Positions 17,906 to 27,101 are shown, numbered from the stretch's first letter. The stretch: 34,699 bases of DNA from Candidatus Hodarchaeota archaeon (GCA_048886685.1 JBHLKM010000026.1:1-34699), one strand, 5' to 3'. The notes: generated by a model not told the origin, from the sequence alone. Numbers and translations: made by a program.

Positions 17906-18062
17906 TCAACTTTTAATAATTAACCTTTTTTGCTTTTAGTAAGATTTTATTCCCTATCTAATTTCTATTACATGTAATTAAATATCAAAAAAATTAAAAA
18001 TATGAGTTTCTGTTTTTAATTTATTAAAACTTGATGAATATAGAGATTTTGGTAAATAAAAA

Positions 18063-20756
18063 ATGACAACTAGTGAAAAAAGTAAATTTGTTTATGATTT
18101 TACCGAAGGAAATCGAGATTTAAAGAATTTGCTTGGAGGAAAAGGAGCTAATCTCGCCGAAATGACAAAATTAGGTCTTAATATTCCACCTGGTTTTACG
18201 ATAACGACTGAAGCTTGTTTACTTTATTTTCAAGAGCCAAAGAAGGTGATGAAAGACTTAGAACCTAATGTTTTGAAGAATTTAAAATCACTAGAAGAAC
18301 GTACAGGAAAGAAATTCGGTGATATAAAAAATCCTTTGTTAGTAAGCGTACGAAGTGGCGCACCAATGTCCATGCCTGGTATGATGGATACTGTCTTAAA
18401 TCTAGGTTTAAATGATCAAAGCGTCTTAGGATTAGCCGAACAAACTGAAAATCCGCGTTTTGCTTATGATTCATACCGTAGATTTATTCAAATGTTCGGA
18501 GATGTTGTAATGGCAATTGGAGATGAGAAATTCGAAAGGATCTTAACAAAATATAAGAGAGCAATCGGAAGAAATGCTCAAGATACCGATCTAAAAGTTG
18601 GCGACTTACAAAAAGTAATAGCTGATTATAAGGCATTGTATGAGAAAGAAATGGGTTCAGCATTTCCTCAAGATCCACTTAAACAACTATTCCTCGCAAT
18701 AGAAGCAGTATTTAAATCTTGGAACAATAGAAGAGCCATAACCTATAGAAAAATCAACAATATTCCTAATTTTGGTACTGCTGTAAACATTCAAGCAATG
18801 GTATTTGGTAATAAAGGAGAGAACTCTGCTACAGGTGTTGCATTTACGAGAGATCCATCAACTGGAGAAAATACAAAGTTCGGTGAGTATTTAACAAATG
18901 CTCAAGGAGAGGATGTTGTAGCTGGTATTCGAACGCCAAAAAAATTAGAAGTCATGAAAGAAGAATTTCCAAAGATTTATGCTCAACTACTTGAAACAAT
19001 GGATAAATTGGAAAAACATTATAGAGATATGCAGGATATTGAATTTACTATCGAGGATGGAAAATTAAATATTTTACAAACCCGAAATGGGAAACGTACA
19101 CCATCCGCGGCTGTAAAGATTGCTGTTGATATGGTTAAAGAGGGTTTAATTTCAAAGGAAGAAGCTATCATGAGTATGGATCCTAAGAAAGTATCAAAAT
19201 TATTATTTAAAAGCATAGATGAGAATTCTATTGTTCATGTCTTAGCTCATGGAATTAATGCCTCTCCTGGTGCTGTTTCAGGAATAGCTATTTTTGATCC
19301 TGATACTGCAGAGGAACTAGCAAACCAAGGAGAGAAAGAAATCATACTTTGCCGGCCACAGACAAAACCTGAAGATGTTCACGGATTATATGCATCCAGT
19401 GGTGTTTTAACACAATTTGGTGGTAAAACATCCCATGCTGCCGTTGTTGCCAGAGGTATGGGTAAACCTGCAGTTGTAGGTGCTTCAGATATAGAAATTG
19501 ATGAAGAAAAAAAAGAATTCAGAGTTGCAGATATGGTTATACAAGAAGGCGATTACATAACCATAGATGGAACGACTGGAAAAATTATAGAAGGGAAAGT
19601 GCCATTAATTGAGCCTGAGATAAAAGGGGAATTTTTAGAATTATTACAGATAGCAGATGAAATCAAAACTCTTGGTGTTAGAGCTAATGCTGATACTCCT
19701 ATTGATGCTCAGAAAGCTTTGGAATTTGGAGCTGAAGGGATAGGACTCTGTCGTACCGAACACATGTTTATGGCACAAGATCGCTTGCCAACAGTTCAAA
19801 ATATGATAATAGCAAGGACCAAAGAAGAACGGCAAGATGCTCTAAATAAAATTTTACCTTGGCAAAAACAGGATTTTTATGAGATTTTCAAAATAATGGA
19901 AGGAAAACCGGTAACAATTAGATTGTTAGATCCACCTTTACATGAATTCCTACCCGAATTATCATTAGTTCAATTGGAAAGACAAGAACTCAGAATGACT
20001 AACGCTTTATCAAAATCCCTATTAAATGTCAGTCCCTTAGATGAAGAAATTACAAAAAAGGATAAAGTTATTAGCCTTATTAGATCTCTCTCTGAGGAGA
20101 ACCCCATGATGGGTTTAAGAGGGTGTAGATTAGGAATTGTATGGCCTGAAATCAATGAAATGCAAGTTAAAGCAATATTCCAGGCCGCTTGCGAATTAAA
20201 GTTACAAGGGATCAAAGTTATTCCTGAAGTTATGATTCCGCTTGTAGGAATGATATCGGAATTGCAATATGTAAAAGCACAATTAATGCAGGTTGCATTA
20301 GAAACTATTAAAGATTATAATGTGGAACTTGATTATAAATTTGGAACTATGATTGAGATACCAAGAGCCGCTTTGACTGCTGATGAAATCGCAATTGAAG
20401 CAGAATTTTTCTCATTCGGTACTAATGACTTAACTCAGATGACCTATGGTTTTTCTCGTGATGATGCAGAAGGTAAATTCCTCCCTGTATACCTAAATAA
20501 AGAGATTTTAGAAAGTAATCCATTTGAAATTTTAGATCAAGAGGGAGTGGGGAAATTAATGAAGATGGCAATAAACCTTGGCAAGAAAACTAGAGATGAT
20601 TTAAAAACGGGTATCTGTGGAGAACATGGTGGTGAACCAAGCTCCATTAAATTTTCTCATTCCATTGGTTTGGATTACGTGTCATGTTCTCCATTTAGAA
20701 TTCCAGTAGCTAGGATTGCTGCTGCCCAGGCAGTTATTGAAAACAACTATAAATGA
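18063..20756 (+). CDS. ppdK: Pyruvate, phosphate dikinase
   Basis: Motifs LLGGKGANLAEM, LLVSVRSGA..SMPGMMDTVLNLG, QGEDVVAGIRTP, GGKTSHAAVVARG (phospho-His), GLCRTEHMF, FSFGTNDLTQ and GICGEHGG. Confidence 0.97.
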   Translation: MTTSEKSKFVYDFTEGNRDLKNLLGGKGANLAEMTKLGLNIPPGFTITTEACLLYFQEPKKVMKDLEPNVLKNLKSLEERTGKKFGDIKNPLLVSVRSGAPMSMPGMMDTVLNLGLNDQSVLGLAEQTENPRFAYDSYRRFIQMFGDVVMAIGDEKFERILTKYKRAIGRNAQDTDLKVGDLQKVIADYKALYEKEMGSAFPQDPLKQLFLAIEAVFKSWNNRRAITYRKINNIPNFGTAVNIQAMVFGNKGENSATGVAFTRDPSTGENTKFGEYLTNAQGEDVVAGIRTPKKLEVMKEEFPKIYAQLLETMDKLEKHYRDMQDIEFTIEDGKLNILQTRNGKRTPSAAVKIAVDMVKEGLISKEEAIMSMDPKKVSKLLFKSIDENSIVHVLAHGINASPGAVSGIAIFDPDTAEELANQGEKEIILCRPQTKPEDVHGLYASSGVLTQFGGKTSHAAVVARGMGKPAVVGASDIEIDEEKKEFRVADMVIQEGDYITIDGTTGKIIEGKVPLIEPEIKGEFLELLQIADEIKTLGVRANADTPIDAQKALEFGAEGIGLCRTEHMFMAQDRLPTVQNMIIARTKEERQDALNKILPWQKQDFYEIFKIMEGKPVTIRLLDPPLHEFLPELSLVQLERQELRMTNALSKSLLNVSPLDEEITKKDKVISLIRSLSEENPMMGLRGCRLGIVWPEINEMQVKAIFQAACELKLQGIKVIPEVMIPLVGMISELQYVKAQLMQVALETIKDYNVELDYKFGTMIEIPRAALTADEIAIEAEFFSFGTNDLTQMTYGFSRDDAEGKFLPVYLNKEILESNPFEILDQEGVGKLMKMAINLGKKTRDDLKTGICGEHGGEPSSIKFSHSIGLDYVSCSPFRIPVARIAAAQAVIENNYK

Positions 20757-20893
20757 TACTTGTTTATTCCCTTTCTATTTAAAATAGTTATAGAAGAAAA
20801 CTATTGTACTAAAACGTTGTATACTGTAAAATTCGAAAAAGTTTTATCGAATTATTTATTTGCTTATTTATAAAACTATTAGGTAAAGACTAT

Positions 20894-21997
20894 ATGCCTT
20901 TAACTTTAGACGAAAAGATTTCTTTATTAAAGGAAGTTGGAGAGGAAATAATTGATTTAGACGAATTAAGGGATTTAATTCAATGGAAGACTGAACATAA
21001 TGAAGAAATCTATGCCTATGATGGATTTGAACCTTCTGGGACATTACATATAGGACAGGGGCTTCTGAGAGCTATTAATGTAAATAAAATAACAAAAGCA
21101 GGAGTAAAATTCAAATTTTTAGTTGCGGATTGGCATGCTGCAGCGAATTTAAAATTTGGTGGAGATTTAGATGTAATTAAAAAAGTAGGAGACTTTTTGA
21201 TAGAGACATGGAAAGTGTGCAATATGGATTTAACCAATGTTGAGTTTATTTATGCTTCTGACTTGGTTAAAGAACCACCATATTGGCAGTTAGTTTTGAA
21301 GATTGCTATTAATAGTTCTTTAAATCGTGTTAAAAGATGTACTCAAATAATGGGAAGAAGCGAATCAGAAAATCTCGCTGCCTCACAAATTCTTTATCCG
21401 TTAATGCAAGCAGCAGATATATTCTATCTTCCTGCAGATATATGTCAGTTAGGAATGGATCAAAGAAAAGTGAATATGCTAGCAAGAGAGGTTTCAAAGA
21501 AACTGAATAAACCAAAACCCGTTGCAATTCATCATCATATGTTAATGGGTTTATATAAACCCCCAGCAACGGATCTAAAAGGTGTAGATAGAACTATAGA
21601 GATTAAAATGTCAAAATCAGACCCAGATTCCGCTATTTTTATGTTAGATTCTCCAAATGATGTGAAACGTAAAATAAATAAGGCTTATTGTCCTCCAAAG
21701 CAAATCATTGAAAATCCTGTTTTAGAATATTGCAAATATATTATATTTGAACTTATCGATATCTTTGAAGTCAAGAGACCTGAAAAATATGGTGGTGATA
21801 TTGAATATTCCTCCTATGAGGAATTGGAAAAAGATTACCAGAAGGGAAAGTTGAATCCCCCCGATTTGAAACCAGCAGTCATAAAATATTTGAATCAATT
21901 TTTAGCACCTGTAATTGAACATTTTAAAAAAGATACAAATGCGCATAAATTATATGAATTTGCCCAAACAGAATATAAAAAATATAAAACTAACTAA
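20894..21997 (+). CDS. tyrS: Tyrosine--tRNA ligase (archaeal/eukaryotic type)
   Basis: Motifs YDGFEPSG.LHIGQ (HIGH-like), ADWHA, YPLMQAADI, GMDQRK, KMSKS and KINKAYCP. Confidence 0.95.
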   Translation: MPLTLDEKISLLKEVGEEIIDLDELRDLIQWKTEHNEEIYAYDGFEPSGTLHIGQGLLRAINVNKITKAGVKFKFLVADWHAAANLKFGGDLDVIKKVGDFLIETWKVCNMDLTNVEFIYASDLVKEPPYWQLVLKIAINSSLNRVKRCTQIMGRSESENLAASQILYPLMQAADIFYLPADICQLGMDQRKVNMLAREVSKKLNKPKPVAIHHHMLMGLYKPPATDLKGVDRTIEIKMSKSDPDSAIFMLDSPNDVKRKINKAYCPPKQIIENPVLEYCKYIIFELIDIFEVKRPEKYGGDIEYSSYEELEKDYQKGKLNPPDLKPAVIKYLNQFLAPVIEHFKKDTNAHKLYEFAQTEYKKYKTN

Positions 21998-22018
21998 AAA
22001 AAAATTAGGATTAGTGAA

Positions 22019-23485
22019 ATGTCAGACAATCATGTAATTGATATCTTTTTAAATCCGAAAACTGTGGCGGTAATAGGCGCTTCAAAAAACCAGTCCAAAG
22101 GAGGTTATCATATCATAGACAATCTATTAACCAACAATTATAAAGGAAGAATTTTTCCAGTTAATCCCAATTCAGATGGTGAAATTTTTGGTCTAAAATT
22201 CAAGAAATCTATATTAGAAATAGAAGATGAGATAGATTTAGCAATTTTTTATAGCCCTAATAATGTCATTCCAGATATCTTAAAAGATTGTATTAAGAAA
22301 AACGTTAAAGGAGCTCTTATTGAAACAGCTGGTTTTGAAGAGGTAGGCGGAAAGGGACTTGAATTAAGGGATAAAATCCTTGAAGTAACAGACAACTTTT
22401 CCAAGATCCGGGTTGTAGGTCCAAATTGTATGGGGCTCACAAAAATCGATGGAGATAGTGATAGTGAAGAAAGAGGCGGATTTTTTTCAGGTTTTGGTGT
22501 TTTTGATAAATATCGACGAGGAAACATTGCGATTATAACTCAATCGGGGATGTTAAACGGAGGATATCTAAGGAATTTAATGCGAAATTACCCCGATTTA
22601 GGAATTAGATATTCATGTTCAATTGGTAATAAGATGGATATAAGTGAAATAGAATTTCTGGATTACTGCCTTGATGATCCTACGGTAAATGTTATAGTCT
22701 TGTATCTTGAATCTTTTAAAGATCCTCGGAAATTTATAGAAATATGTAAAAAAACGAAAAAAATTCCTAACAAGACAATTATATTATTAAAAGGTGGAAC
22801 AACTCCTTTGGGTCAAAAAGCTTCTTTAAGTCATACCGGTTCGCTAGCAGAAAGTAATCAACTAATCAATGCTATAATTAAACAATCAAGTATTATTCAA
22901 GCAGAAAATTTGCATGATTTATTTCAGTTCGCCAGAACCTTTTCAATGATATATAAATCTGAGAAAAAATTACCTAAATATGGTAATGTATCTATGATGG
23001 CAGGATCTGGTGGCGCTGGAACCATTTCTGCTGATCTAATAATGAAATATGGATTAAACTTTCCGATCATGGAAAAAAAGACATATCAGGTTTTAAAAGA
23101 ACTATATCCTGAATGGATGCCCCCAAACCGATTTGCACTTCTTGATCTATGGCCAACATTCGAAAAGGCGATGATGAACAATATCAGTCAAAAAGAGGTA
23201 ATGTCAAAAATTTGGAAAGCAATGCTAGATGATCCTAATGTTGAAGGAGTTTTTAATATGATTTTTGTATCAAAGCAGTTCAGTGATAGGTATAATGTTG
23301 AAGAAATGGCACAATATAAAACAGACAAGATAGTGTTTATGTGGATGGTCGGTGATATTCACGGAGTTCAAGGTATGACAAAATTATTTAATAAAAATAA
23401 TATACCCGTCTTTCCGTCAATGGAAGAGATGATAAAGAATTTTTCAATATTAGTCCAAGAATCAAAAAATAAAAACAAGATATAA
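22019..23485 (+). CDS. ADP-forming acyl-CoA synthetase alpha subunit (acetate-CoA ligase family)
   Basis: Motifs PKTVAVIGAS, AGFEE, VGPNCMG, TQSG, GNKMD, LYLES and ASLSHTGSLA (phospho-His), SGGAG. No ATP-grasp (beta) domain. Confidence 0.87.
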   Translation: MSDNHVIDIFLNPKTVAVIGASKNQSKGGYHIIDNLLTNNYKGRIFPVNPNSDGEIFGLKFKKSILEIEDEIDLAIFYSPNNVIPDILKDCIKKNVKGALIETAGFEEVGGKGLELRDKILEVTDNFSKIRVVGPNCMGLTKIDGDSDSEERGGFFSGFGVFDKYRRGNIAIITQSGMLNGGYLRNLMRNYPDLGIRYSCSIGNKMDISEIEFLDYCLDDPTVNVIVLYLESFKDPRKFIEICKKTKKIPNKTIILLKGGTTPLGQKASLSHTGSLAESNQLINAIIKQSSIIQAENLHDLFQFARTFSMIYKSEKKLPKYGNVSMMAGSGGAGTISADLIMKYGLNFPIMEKKTYQVLKELYPEWMPPNRFALLDLWPTFEKAMMNNISQKEVMSKIWKAMLDDPNVEGVFNMIFVSKQFSDRYNVEEMAQYKTDKIVFMWMVGDIHGVQGMTKLFNKNNIPVFPSMEEMIKNFSILVQESKNKNKI

Positions 23486-23497
23486 AATAGATCTATT

Positions 23498-24121
23498 ATG
23501 GTTCGAATATTGTGTATAGGTGATTCGCATGTACCTAATCGGGCTAAGGAACTTCCTGAGAAAATATATAAAGAGTTAGATAACTTAACTCAAGAAGGGC
23601 TTTTTGATTTTACCTTCTTTACCGGAGATGTCATTAAATTCCCAAAATTATTAGACTATTTGACTCTAAAAACTAAAAATAATTTATTCATAGTTTTAGG
23701 AAATATGGATTACCATTATGGTAATCGAACTGCTCCTATATATCAGAAAATGGATTTTTTATTTGAGGATAATGAAAAGTTGATTATAGGTCTAACTCAT
23801 GGATCACAGATTAGTCCACGAGGTGATCATTCACAATTAGAGAATCTTGCTGTTGAGAGAAATTATAATATCTTAATATCAGGTCATACACATAAAGAAG
23901 AAGTCATTCTTACCAATAAAGGCTATTTATTGATAAACCCTGGAAGTGTTACTGGTGCATGGTCATTCATCTCTAGTGGATTATCTTCATTTATAGAGTT
24001 AAACATTTCTGAAAAAACAAAAGAAATTTTTGTTAAATTATTTAAACTTGATAAAGTCCAAAATCAAATTGATGAATCAACATTTTCTTATTATTTTAAA
24101 AATAGCAAAATTATTCGGTAG
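23498..24121 (+). CDS. Vps29-like / YfcE-MJ0936 family metallophosphoesterase
   Basis: Motifs GDSHVP.R...LP, TGD, GNMD, IGLTHG.QI.PRGD, ILISGHTH and INPGSVTGA. Confidence 0.88.
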   Translation: MVRILCIGDSHVPNRAKELPEKIYKELDNLTQEGLFDFTFFTGDVIKFPKLLDYLTLKTKNNLFIVLGNMDYHYGNRTAPIYQKMDFLFEDNEKLIIGLTHGSQISPRGDHSQLENLAVERNYNILISGHTHKEEVILTNKGYLLINPGSVTGAWSFISSGLSSFIELNISEKTKEIFVKLFKLDKVQNQIDESTFSYYFKNSKIIR

Positions 24122-24148
24122 ATAATGTTTGTAATGTAGGGAAAGAAA

Positions 24149-25126
24149 CTATTTAGTTATAGATTTTAATCTTCTTCTAAAGAATTGGAGGATCTTTTTT
24201 TTGATAATTTTAAGGTTATAGGTTCTATTTAGCAGAAAGTATGGTATGTAGTAGAAAAATTTTAGTAATTCTTGATTCTTAGTTGATAAGAATTTGGTTT
24301 TATTGAGCGATTTATCTTCAGAAATTTTTTTAGCTATTACATTAATAATCCAACGTTTTGTTTTGTTAGTCTTTTGAAATGTTGTGTCAAGATAGATAAC
24401 CTTCAAACCCGCTAATCTAACACAATTATATAAACTTTGTTCTGAGAAGAAATTAATATGCCTAAAAGGAGTATCTAAAGATTTCCATTCTCTCAAACAA
24501 CCAAGAGGAACTTGGATAGATATAATTCCATTTTCCTTTAAATTTTCGGTGAGATCTTTTATTAATTTTTTAGGATCAATAACATGTTCTAATACATGTA
24601 ACATAAATATAACATCAAATTTTATATCTTGTTTTAAATCATTTGAGTTTCTTCCGAGATATTTTATTTTCTTTGGGAGTCTATATTCTGTATAATCAAC
24701 TAAAAAACATTCAAAATGTTTAAGGAAAGGGAGTAGCATATATCCAGATGCCCCCCCATAATCCAAGATCTTTAATTTGTTTTCAGGGTTAAGATCTACA
24801 AATTTTTTTAAGAATTCATAATTGTATAGTGATCTAGTTAAATGTACTTTCATAGTAGTACTTTCATAATTGATTGGGACTTTTTCTTCACTCTTAAAGA
24901 TGATTTGGTATTCCTCTTCATTAAATCTTGGATTTAAAAAAATATATCCACATCTTCTGCAAAAAATTACAAAGAAGTCTTTTTTTCTTTTATCTCCCAA
25001 AAAATCTGTGAATAATATTTTCAATCGTCCTTTTTTCGATTCTTCTTTTGGTCTATAAAAAGTGAATTTCTTTCTAATCCTTAGATTCCTCGAATTACAT
25101 ATAGGACATTTATCGGTTAAATTCAT
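24149..25126 (-). CDS. Class I SAM-dependent methyltransferase with N-terminal Zn-ribbon
   Basis: Motifs CPIC...CRRCG..FLNPR, ILDYGGASG, FDVIFMLHVLEHV.DP, IQVP and HINFFS. Confidence 0.85.
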   Translation of the reverse strand: MNLTDKCPICNSRNLRIRKKFTFYRPKEESKKGRLKILFTDFLGDKRKKDFFVIFCRRCGYIFLNPRFNEEEYQIIFKSEEKVPINYESTTMKVHLTRSLYNYEFLKKFVDLNPENKLKILDYGGASGYMLLPFLKHFECFLVDYTEYRLPKKIKYLGRNSNDLKQDIKFDVIFMLHVLEHVIDPKKLIKDLTENLKENGIISIQVPLGCLREWKSLDTPFRHINFFSEQSLYNCVRLAGLKVIYLDTTFQKTNKTKRWIINVIAKKISEDKSLNKTKFLSTKNQELLKFFYYIPYFLLNRTYNLKIIKKKILQFFRRRLKSITK

Positions 25127-25169
25127 TGTAACTTAAGTGTAATAAACTTCAAATATTTTTTCATCGATC

Positions 25170-25577
25170 TCAATCTAAAACAAGAATTTTAGAGAGTTTC
25201 AATAATATTCCTATATTCCTCTTACCATTTGAGCTTTTCGAAAATCTTAATTTTCTTTGACCAAATCTATTCTTTTTCATCATCATATTGAGTACTGAAT
25301 TTTCCCCATTTGAAAAAAATAACAAATCTTCAGGACTAGCCATTAATTCCAAATCGAATTCGTCTAATCTTCCTCTATTTAAAGAGTAATTTCCTTCTTT
25401 TGCTAATAAGTTTAACCAAAAGTAGGAATTTTCCTCAACTTCAAGACCAATATTAATTTTACCATTAAAGTTATTAAGCAGTTTCTCATTTTTAACATTT
25501 TTTTGTTTATCATTTATTATGCTTTCAATCGTCTGCTGAAAAGTGATAAAAAGATTTTCTTTCTCTTCTTCTTTCAT
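25170..25577 (-). CDS. Hypothetical protein, probable divergent SCP2-like fold
   Basis: Size of 135 aa and pattern helix, beta strands, G.L..FDLEL.AS.EDL..F..G..S...M...KL, resembling SCP2 domains. SD AGGTA upstream. Confidence 0.55.
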   Translation of the reverse strand: MKEEEKENLFITFQQTIESIINDKQKNVKNEKLLNNFNGKINIGLEVEENSYFWLNLLAKEGNYSLNRGRLDEFDLELMASPEDLLFFSNGENSVLNMMMKKNRFGQRKLRFSKSSNGKRNIGILLKLSKILVLD

Positions 25578-25740
25578 TTTTCTTCTTACCTAATTTCCTA
25601 TTTGAATTATATATTATTAATAGTATTATCTATGATTTGAGTATTTATTAAATTTAATGAAATGGAAATATTTATAACCAATTAATGAATTTTTTATTAT
25701 GTTTAAATCCAAATTAAGAGTTTAAAGGTGAAAAGTATAA

Positions 25741-26940
25741 ATGTGGCACTTTTATAGTCCAAATATTATTTATGGAGAAGATTCCTTAAATTTTATAGAA
25801 AAAATAAAAGGAGAAAAATGTTTTATTGTATCTGATAAAAATCTTGAAGAAATAGGTCTATTAGAGATTCTAACAGATAAGCTTGTAAAATTTGCTAAAG
25901 ATTTTATAATATTTACTGATGTTATACCAGATCCTCATGAAGAAGATGTAATGAATGGTAAAAAAAAATGTAATCAATATGCTCCTGATTTAATTATAGC
26001 TTTAGGGGGGGGTTCTGTAATAGACTCTGCTAAAGCGATATGGGCAATGTATGAATATCCAGATTATACCCTTGATAATATAGATCCTTTTAACAATCAA
26101 CTATATGATTTCGCCAATAAAGCTAAATTTATTGCGATACCTACGACTTCTGGGACAGGTTCTGAGACAAACTGGGGAATTGTTATATCAAGATTTGAAG
26201 ACAATGTTTGGAGAAAAGCGTCGTTAAGCCATACATCTTTAGTCCCAACTTATGCAATTGTCGATCCTGTTTTTACTTTAGGAATGCCTCCAGAATTGAC
26301 AAAATTTACTGCGTTTGATGCTTTGGCCCATTCTATGGAAGCCTATATATCGATGTGGAGGAATGAGTTTTCGAATGCATTTGGATTAAAGGCGATTGAA
26401 TTGATATTCAAGTACTTACCTACCGCTTATAAGGATGGAAATAATAAAGAAGCAAGGGATTACATGCATCAAGCAGCAACTATGGCGGGATTGGCTTTTG
26501 GAAACTCACAATTGCATTTAGCCCATGCTATGGGTCATAGTTGGGCAGCAATCTTTCATACAACCCACGGACAAGCGGTGGGTCTTTTTCTTAGATATAT
26601 TGCTCATTTTTGCTTAAATGCTCCTGGAGAGACAAATGAATCGATCAAAATGTATTCCACTCTAGCAAAAAAGTTAGGGTGGGTTAATTGGGATGAGAAT
26701 GATAAAACAGCTGCTTTCAAAGTTCTTGAAAAAATAAAAGAATTGCAGGAAGAAGTTGGTTTTATTTGTAAACTTAAAGATTTAGGAACTTCAAAAGATG
26801 AGTTTGACAATAATGTAGATAAGCTAATAAGTCTATGTTTTCAAGATCCTAGCGGTGTTATGGCTCCAAGAATCCCAAATAAAGAGGAATTTGCTAAACT
26901 TTTTAAATATGCTTACGAGGGAAAAGAAATAGATTTCTAA
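25741..26940 (+). CDS. Iron-containing (group III) alcohol dehydrogenase
   Basis: Motifs IALGGGSVIDSAK, IPTTSGTGSE, DALAHSME, HAMGH and HG. SD AAGGTGA upstream. Confidence 0.92.
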   Translation: MWHFYSPNIIYGEDSLNFIEKIKGEKCFIVSDKNLEEIGLLEILTDKLVKFAKDFIIFTDVIPDPHEEDVMNGKKKCNQYAPDLIIALGGGSVIDSAKAIWAMYEYPDYTLDNIDPFNNQLYDFANKAKFIAIPTTSGTGSETNWGIVISRFEDNVWRKASLSHTSLVPTYAIVDPVFTLGMPPELTKFTAFDALAHSMEAYISMWRNEFSNAFGLKAIELIFKYLPTAYKDGNNKEARDYMHQAATMAGLAFGNSQLHLAHAMGHSWAAIFHTTHGQAVGLFLRYIAHFCLNAPGETNESIKMYSTLAKKLGWVNWDENDKTAAFKVLEKIKELQEEVGFICKLKDLGTSKDEFDNNVDKLISLCFQDPSGVMAPRIPNKEEFAKLFKYAYEGKEIDF

Positions 26941-27101
26941 TTTTAATTACCTTTACTTTCCCCTCTATTTTTTCTTTAATTTTTGATTTTTAATTCCATT
27001 AAATTATGTATATGATAAAAATAAATATAACGAGATGATATTATCTTTTTAAAGTATTCTTTGAATTAAATTCCCAAAAAATTAATAAAATGTAAAAATC
27101 A

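Larger units (their letters stand above)
16507..17963 (+). repeat. Tandem duplication unit 2
   Basis: Offset 1466 nt at the 5' end and 1471 nt at the 3' end relative to unit 1. Confidence 0.92.

Noticed and set aside
15041-17963. Mobile element or composite transposon as cause of the duplication
   Set aside because: No transposase, integrase, terminal inverted repeats or target-site duplication is visible.
7083-25172. Selenocysteine or other read-through at TGA stops (pheS, ppdK, 25170 ORF), and a SECIS reading of the 8803-8844 hairpin
   Set aside because: The pheS and ppdK TGAs fall at the expected C-termini, I saw no sign of a continued domain after the 25170 stop, no gene has an internal TGA at a Cys position, and the hairpin lacks a recognisable SECIS core.
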